Positions 1 to 12,912 of a DNA stretch of 64,000 bases are shown here, piece by piece (position 1 is the stretch's first letter; the number at the start of each line of letters is the position of its first letter). The stretch comes from the human T2T-CHM13v2.0 reference genome, Homo sapiens: the NCBI RefSeq assembly GCF_009914755.1, contig NC_060928.1; one strand, given 5' to 3'. Made by a program: the position numbers and the translations under genes. The notes under the pieces were generated by a model. That model was not told the origin of the DNA and searched no databases. It saw only the letters and a list, made by a program, of their open reading frames with translations.

Positions 1-899
<899 letters not shown>

Positions 900-938
900 T
901 CATTAGTTGATGCAGTTTCTTCCTAGTCTCGATGGTCT

Positions 939-1955
939 TTACATTTTGGCATGATTTTGCAGCGGCTGGTACCGGTTGTTCCTTTCCATGTTTAGCGCTT
1001 CCTTCAGGAGCTCTTTTAGGGCAGGCCTGGTGGTGACAAAATCTCTCAGCATTTGCTTGTCTATAAAGTATTTTATTTCTCCTTCACTTATGAAGCTTAG
1101 TTTGGCTGGATATGAAATTCTGGGTTGAAAATTCGTTTCTTTAAGAATGTTGAATATTGGCCCCCACTCTCTTCTGGCTTGTAGGGTTTCTGCCGAGAGA
1201 TCCGCTGTTAGTCTGATGGGCTTTCCTTTGAGTGTAACCCGACCTTTCTCTCTGGCTGCCCTTAACATTTTTTCCTTCATTTCAACTTTGGTGAATCTGA
1301 CAATTATGTGTCTTGGAGTTGCTCTTCTCGAGGAGTATCTTTGTGGCGTTCTCTGTATTTCCTGAATCTGAACGTTGGCCTGCCTTGCTAGATTGGGGAA
1401 GTTCTCCTGGATAATATCCTGCAGAGTGTTTTCCAACTTGGTTCCATTCTCCACATCACTTTCAGGTACACCAATCAGACGTAGATTTGGTCTTTTCACA
1501 TAGTCCCATATTTCTTGGAGGCTTTGCTCATTTCCTTTTATTCTTTTTTCTCTAAACTTCCCTTCTCGCTTCATTTCATTCATTTCATCTTCCATTGCTG
1601 ATACCCTTTCTTCCAGTTGATCGCATTGGCTCCTGAGGCTTCTGCATTCTTCACGTAGTTCTCGAGCCTTGGTTTTCAGCTCCATCAGCTCCTTTAAGCA
1701 CTTCTCTGTATTGGTTATTCTAGTTATACATTCTTCTAAATTTTTTTCAAAGTTTTCAACTTCTTTGCCTTTGGTTTGAATGTCCTCCCGTAGCTCAGAG
1801 TAATTTGATCGTCTGAAGCCTTCTTCTCTCAGCTCGTCAAAATCATTCTCCATCCAGCTTTGTTCTGTTGCTGGTGAGGAACTGCGTTCCTTTGGAGGAG
1901 GAGAGGCGCTCTGCGTTTTAGAGTTTCCAGTTTTTCTGTTCTGTTTTTTCCCCAT
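939..1955 (-). CDS. ORF1: L1 ORF1p (coiled coil, RRM, CTD; RNA-binding chaperone), full length 338 aa
   Basis: ORF track MGKKQNRKTGNSK...QNHAKM. REKG(235-238), ARR(260-262) and YPAKLS(282-287) motifs are intact. Confidence 0.98.
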   Translation of the reverse strand: MGKKQNRKTGNSKTQSASPPPKERSSSPATEQSWMENDFDELREEGFRRSNYSELREDIQTKGKEVENFEKNLEECITRITNTEKCLKELMELKTKARELREECRSLRSQCDQLEERVSAMEDEMNEMKREGKFREKRIKGNEQSLQEIWDYVKRPNLRLIGVPESDVENGTKLENTLQDIIQENFPNLARQANVQIQEIQRTPQRYSSRRATPRHIIVRFTKVEMKEKMLRAAREKGRVTLKGKPIRLTADLSAETLQARREWGPIFNILKETNFQPRISYPAKLSFISEGEIKYFIDKQMLRDFVTTRPALKELLKEALNMERNNRYQPLQNHAKM

Positions 1956-2862
1956 CTTTGTGGTTTTATCTACTTTTGGTCTTTGATGATGGTGATGTAC
2001 AGATGGGTTTTCGGTGTAGATGTCCTTTCTGGTTGTTAGTTTTCCTTCTAACAGACAGGACCCTCAGCTGCAGGTCTGTTGGAATACCCTGCCGTGTGAG
2101 GTGTCAGTGTGCCCCTGCTGGGGGGTGCCTCCCAGTTAGGCTGCTCGGGGGTCAGGGGTCAGGGACCCACTTGAGGAGGCAGTCTGCCCGTTCTCAGATC
2201 TCCAGCTGCGTGCTGGGAGAACCACTGCTCTCTTCAAAGCTGTCAGACAGGGACACTTAAGTCTGCAGAGGTTACTGCTGTCTTTTTGTTTGTCTGTGCC
2301 CTGCCCCCAGAGGTGGAGCCTACAGAGGCAGGCAGGCCTCCTTGAGCTGTGGTGGGCTCCACCCAGTTCGAGCTTCCCAGCTGCTTTGTTTACCTAAGCA
2401 AGCCTGGGCAATGGCGGGCGCCCCTCCCCCAGCCTCGTTGCCGCCTTGCAGTTTGATCTCAGACTGCTGTGCTAGCAATCAGCGAGATTCCGTGGGCGTA
2501 GGACCCTCTGAGCCAGGTGTGGGATATAGTCTCGTGGTGCGCCGTTTCTTAAGCCGGTCTGAAAAGCGCAATATTCGGGTGGGAGTGACCCGATTTTCCA
2601 GGTGCGTCCGTCACCCCTTTCTTTGACTCGGAAAGGGAACTCCCTGACCCCTTGCACTTCCCAAGTGAGGCAATGCCTCGCCCTGCTTCAGCTCGCGCAC
2701 GGTGCGCACACACACTGGCCTGCGCCCACTGTCTGGCACTCCCTAGTGAGATGAAGCCGGTACCTCAGATGGAAATGCAGAAATCACCCGTCTTCTGCGT
2801 CGCTTGCGCTGGGAGCTGTAGACCGGAGCTGTTCCTATTCGGCCATCTTGGCTCCTCCTCCC
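1956..2862 (-). promoter_or_regulatory. L1 5'UTR internal sense promoter plus antisense promoter; YY1 site at 2841-2849
   Basis: CpG-rich L1HS 5'UTR; AAGATGGCC YY1 motif intact on the minus strand. Confidence 0.9.
2411..2626 (+). CDS. ORF0: L1 antisense ORF0 (71 aa)
   Basis: MAGAPPPASLPPCSLISDCCASNQRDSVGVGPSEPG...RHPFL*. Splice donors CAG|GTGTGG after 2516 and CAG|GTGCGT after 2601 (106 and 191 nt after the ATG). Confidence 0.9.
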   Translation: MAGAPPPASLPPCSLISDCCASNQRDSVGVGPSEPGVGYSLVVRRFLSRSEKRNIRVGVTRFSRCVRHPFL

Positions 2863-2984
2863 GACTTATTTGTTAACAGTTTACCACACTGCTTTTTCAT
2901 TTATTTTTTTCTCTGTCTCTCTCTCTTTTTTTTTCTCCATATATATGTATGTGTACACCTGTTTTTGAAGGACAGTTACATACA

Positions 2985-3200
2985 CCATAGCCTCTTATTA
3001 AATATTTATGCATTTCCTAAGAATAAGGTTATTCTCTTTATAACCACCATTCAGTTATCAACTTCAGTAGATTTAACATCGGTAGCATGTTTTAATCTCC
3101 CATTCATGTTCCAATTTTGTTGGTTGACCCCAATAATGTTTCTTTTCCAGCACAGAATCCACTCCAGGGTCAGGTAATGCAGTTAGCTGTTGTGTCAAAC
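2985..3200. mobile_element. Old L1 (L1MC-like) 3' fragment
   Basis: Resembles the L1MC 3' end (ttcctaagaataagg...ccagggtcaggtaatgcagttagctgttgtgtc). Confidence 0.45.
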
Positions 3201-3779
3201 ACACAGGAGTTTTGAGTTTGAGTCTTTCATTCTGAAGAATGTCAGGATTGAACTGAGCTGAGAGGGCCATCACTTTTAAGTCATCAGCATATGTCTACCT
3301 CATTCTTTTTAATGCTACTAGGGAAAATAATCAAACCTTTAGCTTCAATTATTGTGTAAGTTTTGATTTCTGAAGTTGTAGTGCAGTAGCCAGGTTGTTC
3401 ATAAACATATTCTCCTTTTTTTTTTTTTTTGCACCTTCCCCTTTACAGCAAGTCTAGATCACACAAAATAGTATTCGTAGGTTGGAAAAAAGGATAGTTC
3501 AAAAAAGCTATTTCCTGGCTGATAGCAAAGGCCATGCGAATGTTCTGACCTATTTCCAAATACCAGATGCATTGCTTGAGGGAGCTGAGACTAGAGAGGC
3601 CTCCTGTGGGGAAGGACACTCTTGTCTGCCTGCTTTGATTTCATTGTGGCAAATGCTATCATTCAGCATTTTTCACGAAAAATTGCCCTGAAATTTAAAA
3701 AAGTGAACTTTAGTTATAATTTATATGAAATAAACATTTCTAATTCTCATCATTCATTTCTGAAGCTCCAGGTTTCCCT

Positions 3780-4300
3780 TTAATACTGTTTCATTTCATC
3801 CTATAGAAAATTTCTTAGCATTTCTTACAGTATAGGTCTGGTGCCAACAAATTTTCTTAGCTTCTTTTATCTAAAAATGTCTTTCACCTTCACTCTTGAA
3901 AGATATTTTCTTCAAATATAGAATTTTGCTTGCCATTTTTTTCCTTCCAACACTTTAAAGCTATTTCACTGTTTTTTGGTCTCTGTGCTTTGTGATGAGT
4001 AGCATATGATCATTCAGCACTGATCATCTATCTGATTTTTCATTTCATTTTTACTACTTTCAAGATTTTCTTTTTTATATTTGGCTTTGAGTAGTTTGAC
4101 TATGATATGTCAAAGCCTGGTTTTCTTTGAATCTTATTGTGTTTGACATTTCTGAAGTTATTGAATTTGTAAATTTTTATCTTTTGCCAAATTTGGGAAA
4201 CTTTTAGCCATTATTACTTAAAGCATTTTTTTTTCTAGACCATTTTGTCTCTTCTCTCATTCTGGGATTACAGTTATGAGTATATTAAAACTTTTTAAAA
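3780..4300 (-). mobile_element. Old L1M ORF1-region fragment
   Basis: Degenerate antisense L1 ORF1-like sequence (ggtctggtgccaacaaattttcttagc...aaatttgggaaacttttagccattatt). Confidence 0.55.
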
Positions 4301-4309
4301 TTTAATTTT

Positions 4310-5005
<696 letters not shown>

Positions 5006-5052
5006 TTATTAAACCTATTGCTATTGTGCACAGGTCCCCAAGGATCTGTTAA

Positions 5053-5398
<346 letters not shown>

Positions 5399-8300
5399 AG
5401 GGACTGGCCGCTTTCTATTGATTTGTCTTCAAATTCACTGTCTCTTTCATTTGTCATTTCAATTATGCTATTTAGCTCATCCAGGAAATTTTTTCTTGCA
5501 GATCTTTCCAGATCTAAAACTTTCATTTTAAAATATTTATATTTCTATGGTAAGACTTTCATATATTTTTATCCTCATGAGCTAATTTTCTTTTACGTAA
5601 TGGAGCATAATTGTAATTGCTGCTTTTGGTCTCATAATTTGAATGTCTAGATCATCTTAATGTTGGCCTCATCCCTTGGGAATGTGTCACATTTTCCTGG
5701 CTCTTAATACATCAAGAAACACTTTAGCTCATATGGGAAAAAAATAGTCACGTTTCATTTTTTAAAAAATGATTTGATAAAAATTTATTTTAAAAAGTTA
5801 TTTGCTTACAAAGAGCTCTATCTACAAGGAGAACAGAATCAAGAAGAAGTACACATATCCTTGTGAATATTATTTTGACTTTAATATGTTCCTTATGACA
5901 TGAAAACCTGTTATCCTACAAACAATATAAAGGATGCATATTATCATTTCAAAAGAGATTTTTACTTTATAAAATATTTCATGGTAGAATTTTGAAATTA
6001 TATGGAAGGACTTTCAGACATTTGAAAAAAAAAAAAACAGAACTTTTCCTTTTAATTAAATCCCATGCTAGAGTCCAGTGCTTACATCCCCCTAGACACC
6101 TTAGCATAAACAGCCCCTGACATCCCTGAGTTTGGGTGCTCTGAACCCTGCTGTTGGGTTCTGAGACACTTTTTCACAATCCTTAGGGCTACAAGCAGCA
6201 TAGTTTGAAGTCAATGAGTTTAAGATGACTTTGTTTATAAAAACCTAATTAACAACTTTCAGGGTCATCTGTTATGTCAAGCAGTTAGTCCATAAGAAAG
6301 AAAAATAAAATGAAAGGGAAAGCAATGAATTATACATTTTTTAACATCATCTTTAAAGTCCATGGGAGTCCACTTAGGTTTTTTATTTGTCTTCTTTAAG
6401 CACTGTTTATCAGAGAATGGGGCCCTCATTATGAATGTATATGCATAGAAAATATCCTTGGTTACATATTGCCTTATTTTAAAATAATATCTTTTGAAAT
6501 TCAGAGTGCAATAGATGTCATCTCAGAATCCTCTTAATCCTTTTGGGTTATTTTCTGCAAATTGTCTTCCTATTTTTATGGAGCAGTTTCTCAATGTGAA
6601 GTGCAATAGAGAGCTATTATAGACACTCTACTGTCTGGCAGAGTTGGAAATGGAACTTAAATTTCTAAAATTTTATTTAATTGTCTCAATAGATTTCAAT
6701 AACGAATATCTTAGTAACTGTGATGCTTGACAGAGAAAATGCTCGCTACCTAGGGATTTGAAAAATGTCTTTTATAGCTAGTTGTTATTCTGATTTTACT
6801 AGAACTGAATGTGTGATGTGCAAAGAAATAAGCCATATGGTAAAAACACCACTCAGGAAGAGAGAAAGGGCCCAGCTCCTCCTTTTTAAACTGTTCCCTC
6901 CATTGTGGAAGTAGCCTCCTGATGCTGAGGCGCAGCCCCTGTGCCCTCTCTGAATTCTCGGTCTTTCTCTTTCTTGCATGAGCTGTTATATTACAAGTGC
7001 CACAAGTCGTTTATTTTAAGAGAAATATATGTTTTCCTGAAGTTATTTCTTCTGGTTTCATGTAATATAAAGGAATGAAAATAAATTTTAATTAAGGATT
7101 CATGCTCTACATGTGCTTGACTTTGTCATTACCTGGAACAAACTTTGCCTTTAGAATACAGATAATAATGTGAAAATAATTATGTAATCTTATGCATTAA
7201 AATTCTTAATTTACAGCCATTTTTTATCTCCTTTTTAAAGTATATAGCCACAACAGTAACAAATTCAGACACAATAAATGACATCATCAACATGTCACTA
7301 CTAAAGCTAGGAATAACTTTAAGTTACCAACAAGCTATTTTTAATTAAAAATCATCTTTGATTTTTGAATTCATATATATTCAAATATATATATGTTTGA
7401 TATATATATATATCAGAGTCATATTTTGTCCCTCCACATTAAGGAATTGAAAACAACAAAGATATAACATTAGTTTATATATGGGTACTCTTCTTGTATT
7501 CCTATTTTAAATTTTGTGTGAACTGAAAGTGATAGCATAATAAAATCAGTCTACAATTTTAGAGCACTAATAGCATATATATTTACACATATACAGTAAC
7601 GTTTTTGTAAAAATCTTAATAAGAAAGTTCCAATCTTCTCTACCACAGTGTTCTTTCAATATCTTCTTTCTTTGTTCCTCCCATCCCTACTTACCCTGAT
7701 TATCATCCAAGGACTCAATCTTAGTATGAGGAGTCCTGAAGGACATGTTTTGTTGTAAATTTTGACATAAGAAACACCTGACTAGAAACCACATCCCCTG
7801 TATGCTGGTCCTGATAATTAGGTAACTGACGCCTCTCCTGAATTGGTGAAAAAGAAGACAAGGCTTTCATGACACCATGGATTTGGGGGCATTTGTGTGC
7901 ACACCACTTCAATCCTGTTTTGCTTTTAAGTGTCTATTCCTTTACATTGATAGAGCTGGTGTCATTTATTGAGGTTTTCTAGTGGAGAGGTGGGCATATG
8001 TGAGGATGAGGATGAGGGTTGCAGAAAAAGAAAGATGGAAGTCTATGTAACTGAGAACTTTTATTAAAGAAAGTGACATTCAGATAGACAAAAACAAGAA
8101 AATACTTGTATAGCATTGTTCCTTCTATAAAATTGCCTAAAAATGTGAAAATTTCTGGCTGTTGTGACATGAAGTCCAATATTTTTATTTAAATTTAGTT
8201 TGACTGTATGATGTAATAACACCTCTAAAAAACTCAGGGCAACCAGAATTTGACATAAGAAATCAATTATTTCTGTACTAGTGGATTTCTGTAATACATT

Positions 8301-8639
8301 TAAAATAAAATTGAATTTATATTTGCTGATTAAAGCAGACACTTCTGCTTCGCTTCCTAACCTATATGATATGTGTGTCCTAAATAAAAATTTAATCTAG
8401 AAGAGGGTGAGTGGAAGAGGGATGGGGCTCATCCAGGTTTGTGATTTTCCTTTGTTAAAGTGATTCATGTCACCAGACAAGAAAGAATTCCTATTGCAAT
8501 CAAGAATTGAGGCTATCTGGCTAGATATTTATGTATACCTGACTTAAGAGATTCCAACGTGATGCTTCCAAGCCTTACATTAAAATAAAAGATTTTTAGA
8601 TTGTACTCTCTATTTGCAATACAATTTTGAGCAGATTAG

Positions 8640-8760
8640 CTCTCTCTCTTTCTCTCTCTCTCTTGCTCTGTGTGTGTGTGTGTGTGCGTGTGTGTGAGAG
8701 AGAGAGACAGAGAGAGAGAAAGAGACAAAGAGAGAGAGACAGAGAAGGTGACAGAGAGTC
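8640..8760. repeat. Compound microsatellite (TC)n(TG)n(AG)n
   Basis: Directly visible. Confidence 0.95.
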
Positions 8761-8960
8761 TCCATACCTAGGACATTCCATAAGGACAAGGCCATGATTT
8801 TTATTAAGGAATGAAGGGCAATCATAATGCTTATCAAGAATAACTTCATTTGAAACATGTTTTTGCTTCAGCCTTTCTTGAAGGAATATTTACAGTAATT
8901 CAGCAGATTCTACATAATTTAGATACATTTGTGGCAAGATTGCCAGTATTGCTGGGCAAT

Positions 8961-9013
8961 AGTAAGTTAAAAAAACAGTAAGTTAAAAAAAAGTAAGTTA
9001 AAAAAAAAGTAAA
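8961..9013. repeat. Short tandem repeat, ~3 copies of AGTAAGTTAAAAAAA
   Basis: Directly visible. Confidence 0.85.
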
Positions 9014-9731
9014 CGAATACTGGAAATATATTTGCTTAAATAAAATGCATTAATTTAGTTAAAACAGTGTCTTGATGACAGATAACACTCAGGCTTACAG
9101 CAGCACCACTCATCATGGCCCCTGAGCAGCCATGCTGAATGCATATTTTAACATGTTCCCAATTCTTGATTGTGGATTAACTGCTGGTTACCCTGAGGAT
9201 TTGGTTTTACTGTGTAGGTTATATTGGTTTTATTGTATAGCTATTATGAAAGCTTCCTTTGCCCTACAAAATGCAAATTTTAATTTATGTTCTAAATGGA
9301 ATATTGACATACTATCTATGCCAGATAAAAAGGAAAAGCAAGAGCTCACCAATATGCGCTTAGTGATAGATCAGAAATGAAAGAAAGGGAACTTTAAACA
9401 ACAATCTACCTCACAGCAAGTGTTCTATGGTAGGAAGCCATAAAACATGAAAGAGGAAAACACATCCCTTAGCAGACAACTCCTGATGATTGCATTGTGT
9501 TTTTCCATTCTGTAAACATTGTTTTGCAGGTTGTTTCTGGGCTTCCAATACCCTGCAGCCTTCTCCCTGGCTGGTACTTATGGGGACACCCTCCTCCCAG
9601 GTAGAGCCAGTGGGAGGAAAGCCCAAAGGCAAACACCATGCCCTCCTGCTCTTGAGGAGCCCTGCCTAAAAATTTGACAAAGGGAAAAGAAATCTCCATT
9701 AAACTGACAACATCTGTGAAAAATTAGTGAT

Positions 9732-10497
9732 TGTGTTAGTTTGTCTTCATGCTACTGTGAAGAACTACCTAGGACTGGGTAATTTATAAAGAGAAGAGGT
9801 TTAATTGACTCACAGTTCCACAGGCTTCACAGAAAGCATAGCTGGGGAGGCCTGAGGAAACTTACAATCACGGCAGAAGGGTGAAGGGGAAGCAAGAATG
9901 TCTTACCATGGTGGAGCAGGAGAGAGAGAGAGAGAGTTAAAGGGGAAGTGCTACAGACTTTAAAAGAAGCAGATTTTTTGAAAACTCTGTCACAAGACTG
10001 CACTACGGGGATGATGCTAAGCCATTAGAAACCATCTTCATGATCCAGTTACTTCCTACCGTGTGCCTCCCCCAACACCGGGGATTACAATTCAAAATGA
10101 GATTGGGTGGGTTCACAGAGCCAAACCATATAATTCTGCCCTGGGCCCTTCCCAAATCTCATGTCCTTTCACATTTCATGCCTTCCTAACCATCCCCCAA
10201 AGTCTGAACTCATTCTAGCATTATCTCAAAATTCCAAGTCCAAAGTGTCATATGAGAAAAGGCAAGTCCCTTCTGCCTATGAGCCTGTAAAATCAAAAAC
10301 AAGTTAGTTACTTCCAAGATACAACTGGGGTACAGGCATTGAGTAAATGCTGTCATTCCAAAAGGGATAAATTGGCCCAAAAAAGGGGGCAACAGGCTTC
10401 TTACTTGTCCAAATCCCAGCAGAGCAGTCACTAAATGTTAAAGCTCCAAAATAATCTCCTTTGACTCCATGTCTCACACCCAGGGCACAGTAGTGCA
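9732..10497 (-). mobile_element. MaLR (MSTA/THE1-like) LTR 9732-10132 plus truncated internal sequence 10133-10497
   Basis: tgtgttagtttgtc...gccaaaccatataa is a reverse-complement MST LTR, followed by ttctgccctgggcc...cccaaatctcatgtcc internal sequence. Ends abruptly at the RhoGAP exon. Confidence 0.88.
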
Positions 10498-10667
10498 AGG
10501 CCAATGTTGTTCTCTTGTGATACCTTTTTGGAGTGTTACATAACATTGAGCAGCATTCCTCAGCCAATCAGATGACAGCTTATAATTTATCCATGTGTAT
10601 AGCCCCAAGCATTCTTTAGCTGTCTACTTCCTGCTGCTCAGAAGTAGAAAATGGGTTCACGAAAAAG
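10497..10667 (+). pseudogene. ARHGAP20-like RhoGAP pseudogene copy A, GAP C-terminal exon (5'-truncated)
   Basis: Translates ANVVLL*YLFGVLHNIEQHSSANQMTAYNLSMCIAPSIL*LSTSCCSEVENGFTKK, matching recalled ARHGAP20 ANVVLLRYLFGVLHNIEQHSSSNQMTAFNLAVCVAPSILW...ENEFTKK. Stops at 10518 and 10617; donor mutated to AT. Confidence 0.88.
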
Positions 10668-10959
10668 ATAATGAGGTCTCTCACTTTTATGCCTTGGGGA
10701 GCAGAGCTCCCACTTTAAACCTGAAATTCAAGATATTAACTATGATGAACCCTTTTTTAAGGTGCACACTTTAATTACAGTTCTCTGGAGTAGCAGATAA
10801 TTTATCCTATTGTAGGAGTGGTAGAAGGTATATGAGAAGGTAGGTTGTTAAATAGGAAATTGAGAGCAGTGAGTCACTTTTTTCTCATCTAGGAGACAAA
10901 ACACTAGATTAACTATACCACAGAGAGATAAGAAAGTTGTGTAACATGATAGAAACCAA

Positions 10960-11100
10960 CCTGGTCTTTGGAGTTTGACAAGCCAAGATTCAACTCTCAG
11001 TCTCATCACTGAGGGATGGGTAACCATAGGCAAAGATTCCAAGCCAAGGTTTCCTCAGCTCAACAATGGCAGTGGTGATAAGGCCCAGCTCCTCTGGTCA
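10960..11100 (+). mobile_element. MIR fragment (mirrored at ~55295-55420)
   Basis: MIR core-like ggcaaagattcc...gtttcctcagctcaacaatgg; present in both arms. Confidence 0.55.
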
Positions 11101-11886
11101 TTACTGACACCTTATTGGTGGTTTGGATAATATGAACACTCATGGCTCCACACATATTGCCTTTCTCTGTCAATCAGGGCTCACAATTGACATTCAAGCA
11201 ACTACTTGGCTACTATTTTGTCTCTGCTGCTGGAATGAGAAAACTAGTAAAACATTCTAGAATATCCTAATGGAGCTACAATGTACCTAGTAAAAAGACC
11301 CCAGCTCTCTCCCAAGATCACCCAGAGAGCAATCCTGAGGCCAGGCAATGCATGGAGAGGGACTGCAGTTAGAAGAGCAGAGATTTTCTCTCCAGCTGCC
11401 TCCTTCCTTCATGAAAGACCCTCAGAGTATCTGCTTCCCAAGTTTAAGATACTTAACGAGTGAATTTCACAAGTTTTTATCTATTGGGTGCTTTATAATT
11501 CTATTGGGTACTTTAAAGTTGTGCATATTTTACAAGAAGTGAAGAATATTTATCTTCACTCCAAATATCCTACAGGGGTTACTTGAAAATTACCCTGTTT
11601 TTAAAGATATGACCACTGATATAAAATGTTAACTATTAAGCTAGGCTATAAATTATAACTTTAGCCCACTGATTATAAGTATTTTAACTTACATGCCCTA
11701 AATGCTCTTGAAAGGATCATAGCTGTTTCTTAGAGAAAACTGGCTCATGTCTTTATGTATCAACTCTGAATTTTTCTTAGAATTCTGAATTTCATGTTTT
11801 TTTTCACTCCAAGATTCACAGATGAAATGTGATTTATAGCTATGCCAAATGAAAAGAGCACCCTATTTTCCCCTTTTGTGTTACAG

Positions 11887-11997
11887 GTTTCTACTGTACA
11901 ATTTCTCATTGAAAACTGCCTCAGCATTTTTTAAGAAGACATCACTTCCCCCTTGGGGAAGAAAGAACTCAATGACTTGAAGAAACTGATGCTTCAG
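11887..11997 (+). pseudogene. ARHGAP20-like pseudogene copy A, following exon
   Basis: Acceptor ttttgtgttacag| then VSTVQFLIENCLSIF*EDITSPLG (ARHGAP20: VSLLIQFLIENCLRIFGEEITSLF). TAA at 11932; possible donor CAG|GTACC. Confidence 0.82.
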
Positions 11998-12392
11998 GTA
12001 CCTTGAAAAATTCAGCTGGTTTTGATGAGAAACAGTCAATGGGGCTGTTAGGGGTCCTGGCGGATGCTTAGGCAGTGGCTGTCCTGGATTCCAGGGAATG
12101 CCCCAAACCCAGTGATGCAGGACCCAGGACTCCATCTGCTCATTCTTCATAAGGTTGGCTCACAGGTCATCTGCTGAGAAGGTCATCTTCTCCGTCTTCA
12201 CTGGGCTCACTGAATGAGGACATTCCAAGATCCCAGCTCATCTCATTTGAGCTTTCCTTTTCCTAATCCCATGCATCTGTGTTTGAGAAAATCTTCCCAA
12301 GTGATAGATCTTCTATTTTCCGATTTCTTCCATGTTGTATTACTTTTTTTATTAATAATAATAAATACACATATTTTTGGTGGGTACATGCA

Positions 12393-12790
12393 TATTAGTC
12401 TGTTTTGTGTTGTTATAAAACAATACCAGAGGTGAGGTAACTTATAAAGGAAAGAGGATTATTTGGCTTAAGGTTGTACAGATCAGCATCTGCTTCTGGT
12501 GAGGGACTCAGGAAGCTCTTAGATATGGGAGAAGGTAAAGGGGGAGCAGGCTGGTCACATGGCAAGAGAGCAAGCAAGAGAGATGGGAGGAGATGCCAGC
12601 CTCTTTAATCCACCAGCTCTCCTGTGAACTAACAGAGCAAGCCCTTGCTCATCACCTTGGGAAGGACACCAAACCACTCATGAGGAATCCACCCCAATGA
12701 ACTAAAACCCTCCCACTTGGCCACACTTACAACATTTGGGATCATGTATCAACAAGAGATTTGAAGTGGAGAAATATCCAAACTATATCA
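12393..12790 (-). mobile_element. MST-family solo LTR (MaLR), shared with arm B
   Basis: tattagtctgttttg...aatatccaaactatatca; mirror copy at 53627-54043 with matching flanks. Confidence 0.85.
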
Positions 12791-12874
12791 CCAGGTGATA
12801 ACTTGATATATTCATAAATCTAATCAAGGTAATTGGTTGGAATATTTATCATATTAAATATTTCTCTCTTTATA

Positions 12875-12912
12875 TTATGTTGGTGTGAAAGTAATTACAG
12901 TTTTTGCCATTA
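12875..12912. mobile_element. Half of a MADE1 (Hsmar1-derived MITE)
   Basis: ttatgttggtgtgaaagtaattacagtttttgccatta matches one arm of MADE1 (TTAGGTTGGTGCAAAAGTAATTGCGGTTTTTGCCATTA); preceded by TA. Confidence 0.75.

Noticed and set aside
6000-6210. Possible MER5/Charlie-type DNA transposon relic
   Set aside because: Too degenerate to support by eye.
9530-9600. Exon-like segment (ttttgcag|...CAG|gtagag) in arm A
   Set aside because: No resemblance to ARHGAP20 in any frame that I can see, and the splice sites are not conserved in arm B.
11281-11463. Twin small ORFs MYLVKRPQ.../MYLIKRPQ... in both arms
   Set aside because: They lie in a pseudogene intron. The similarity reflects DNA duplication, and the frames diverge after ~49 codons.
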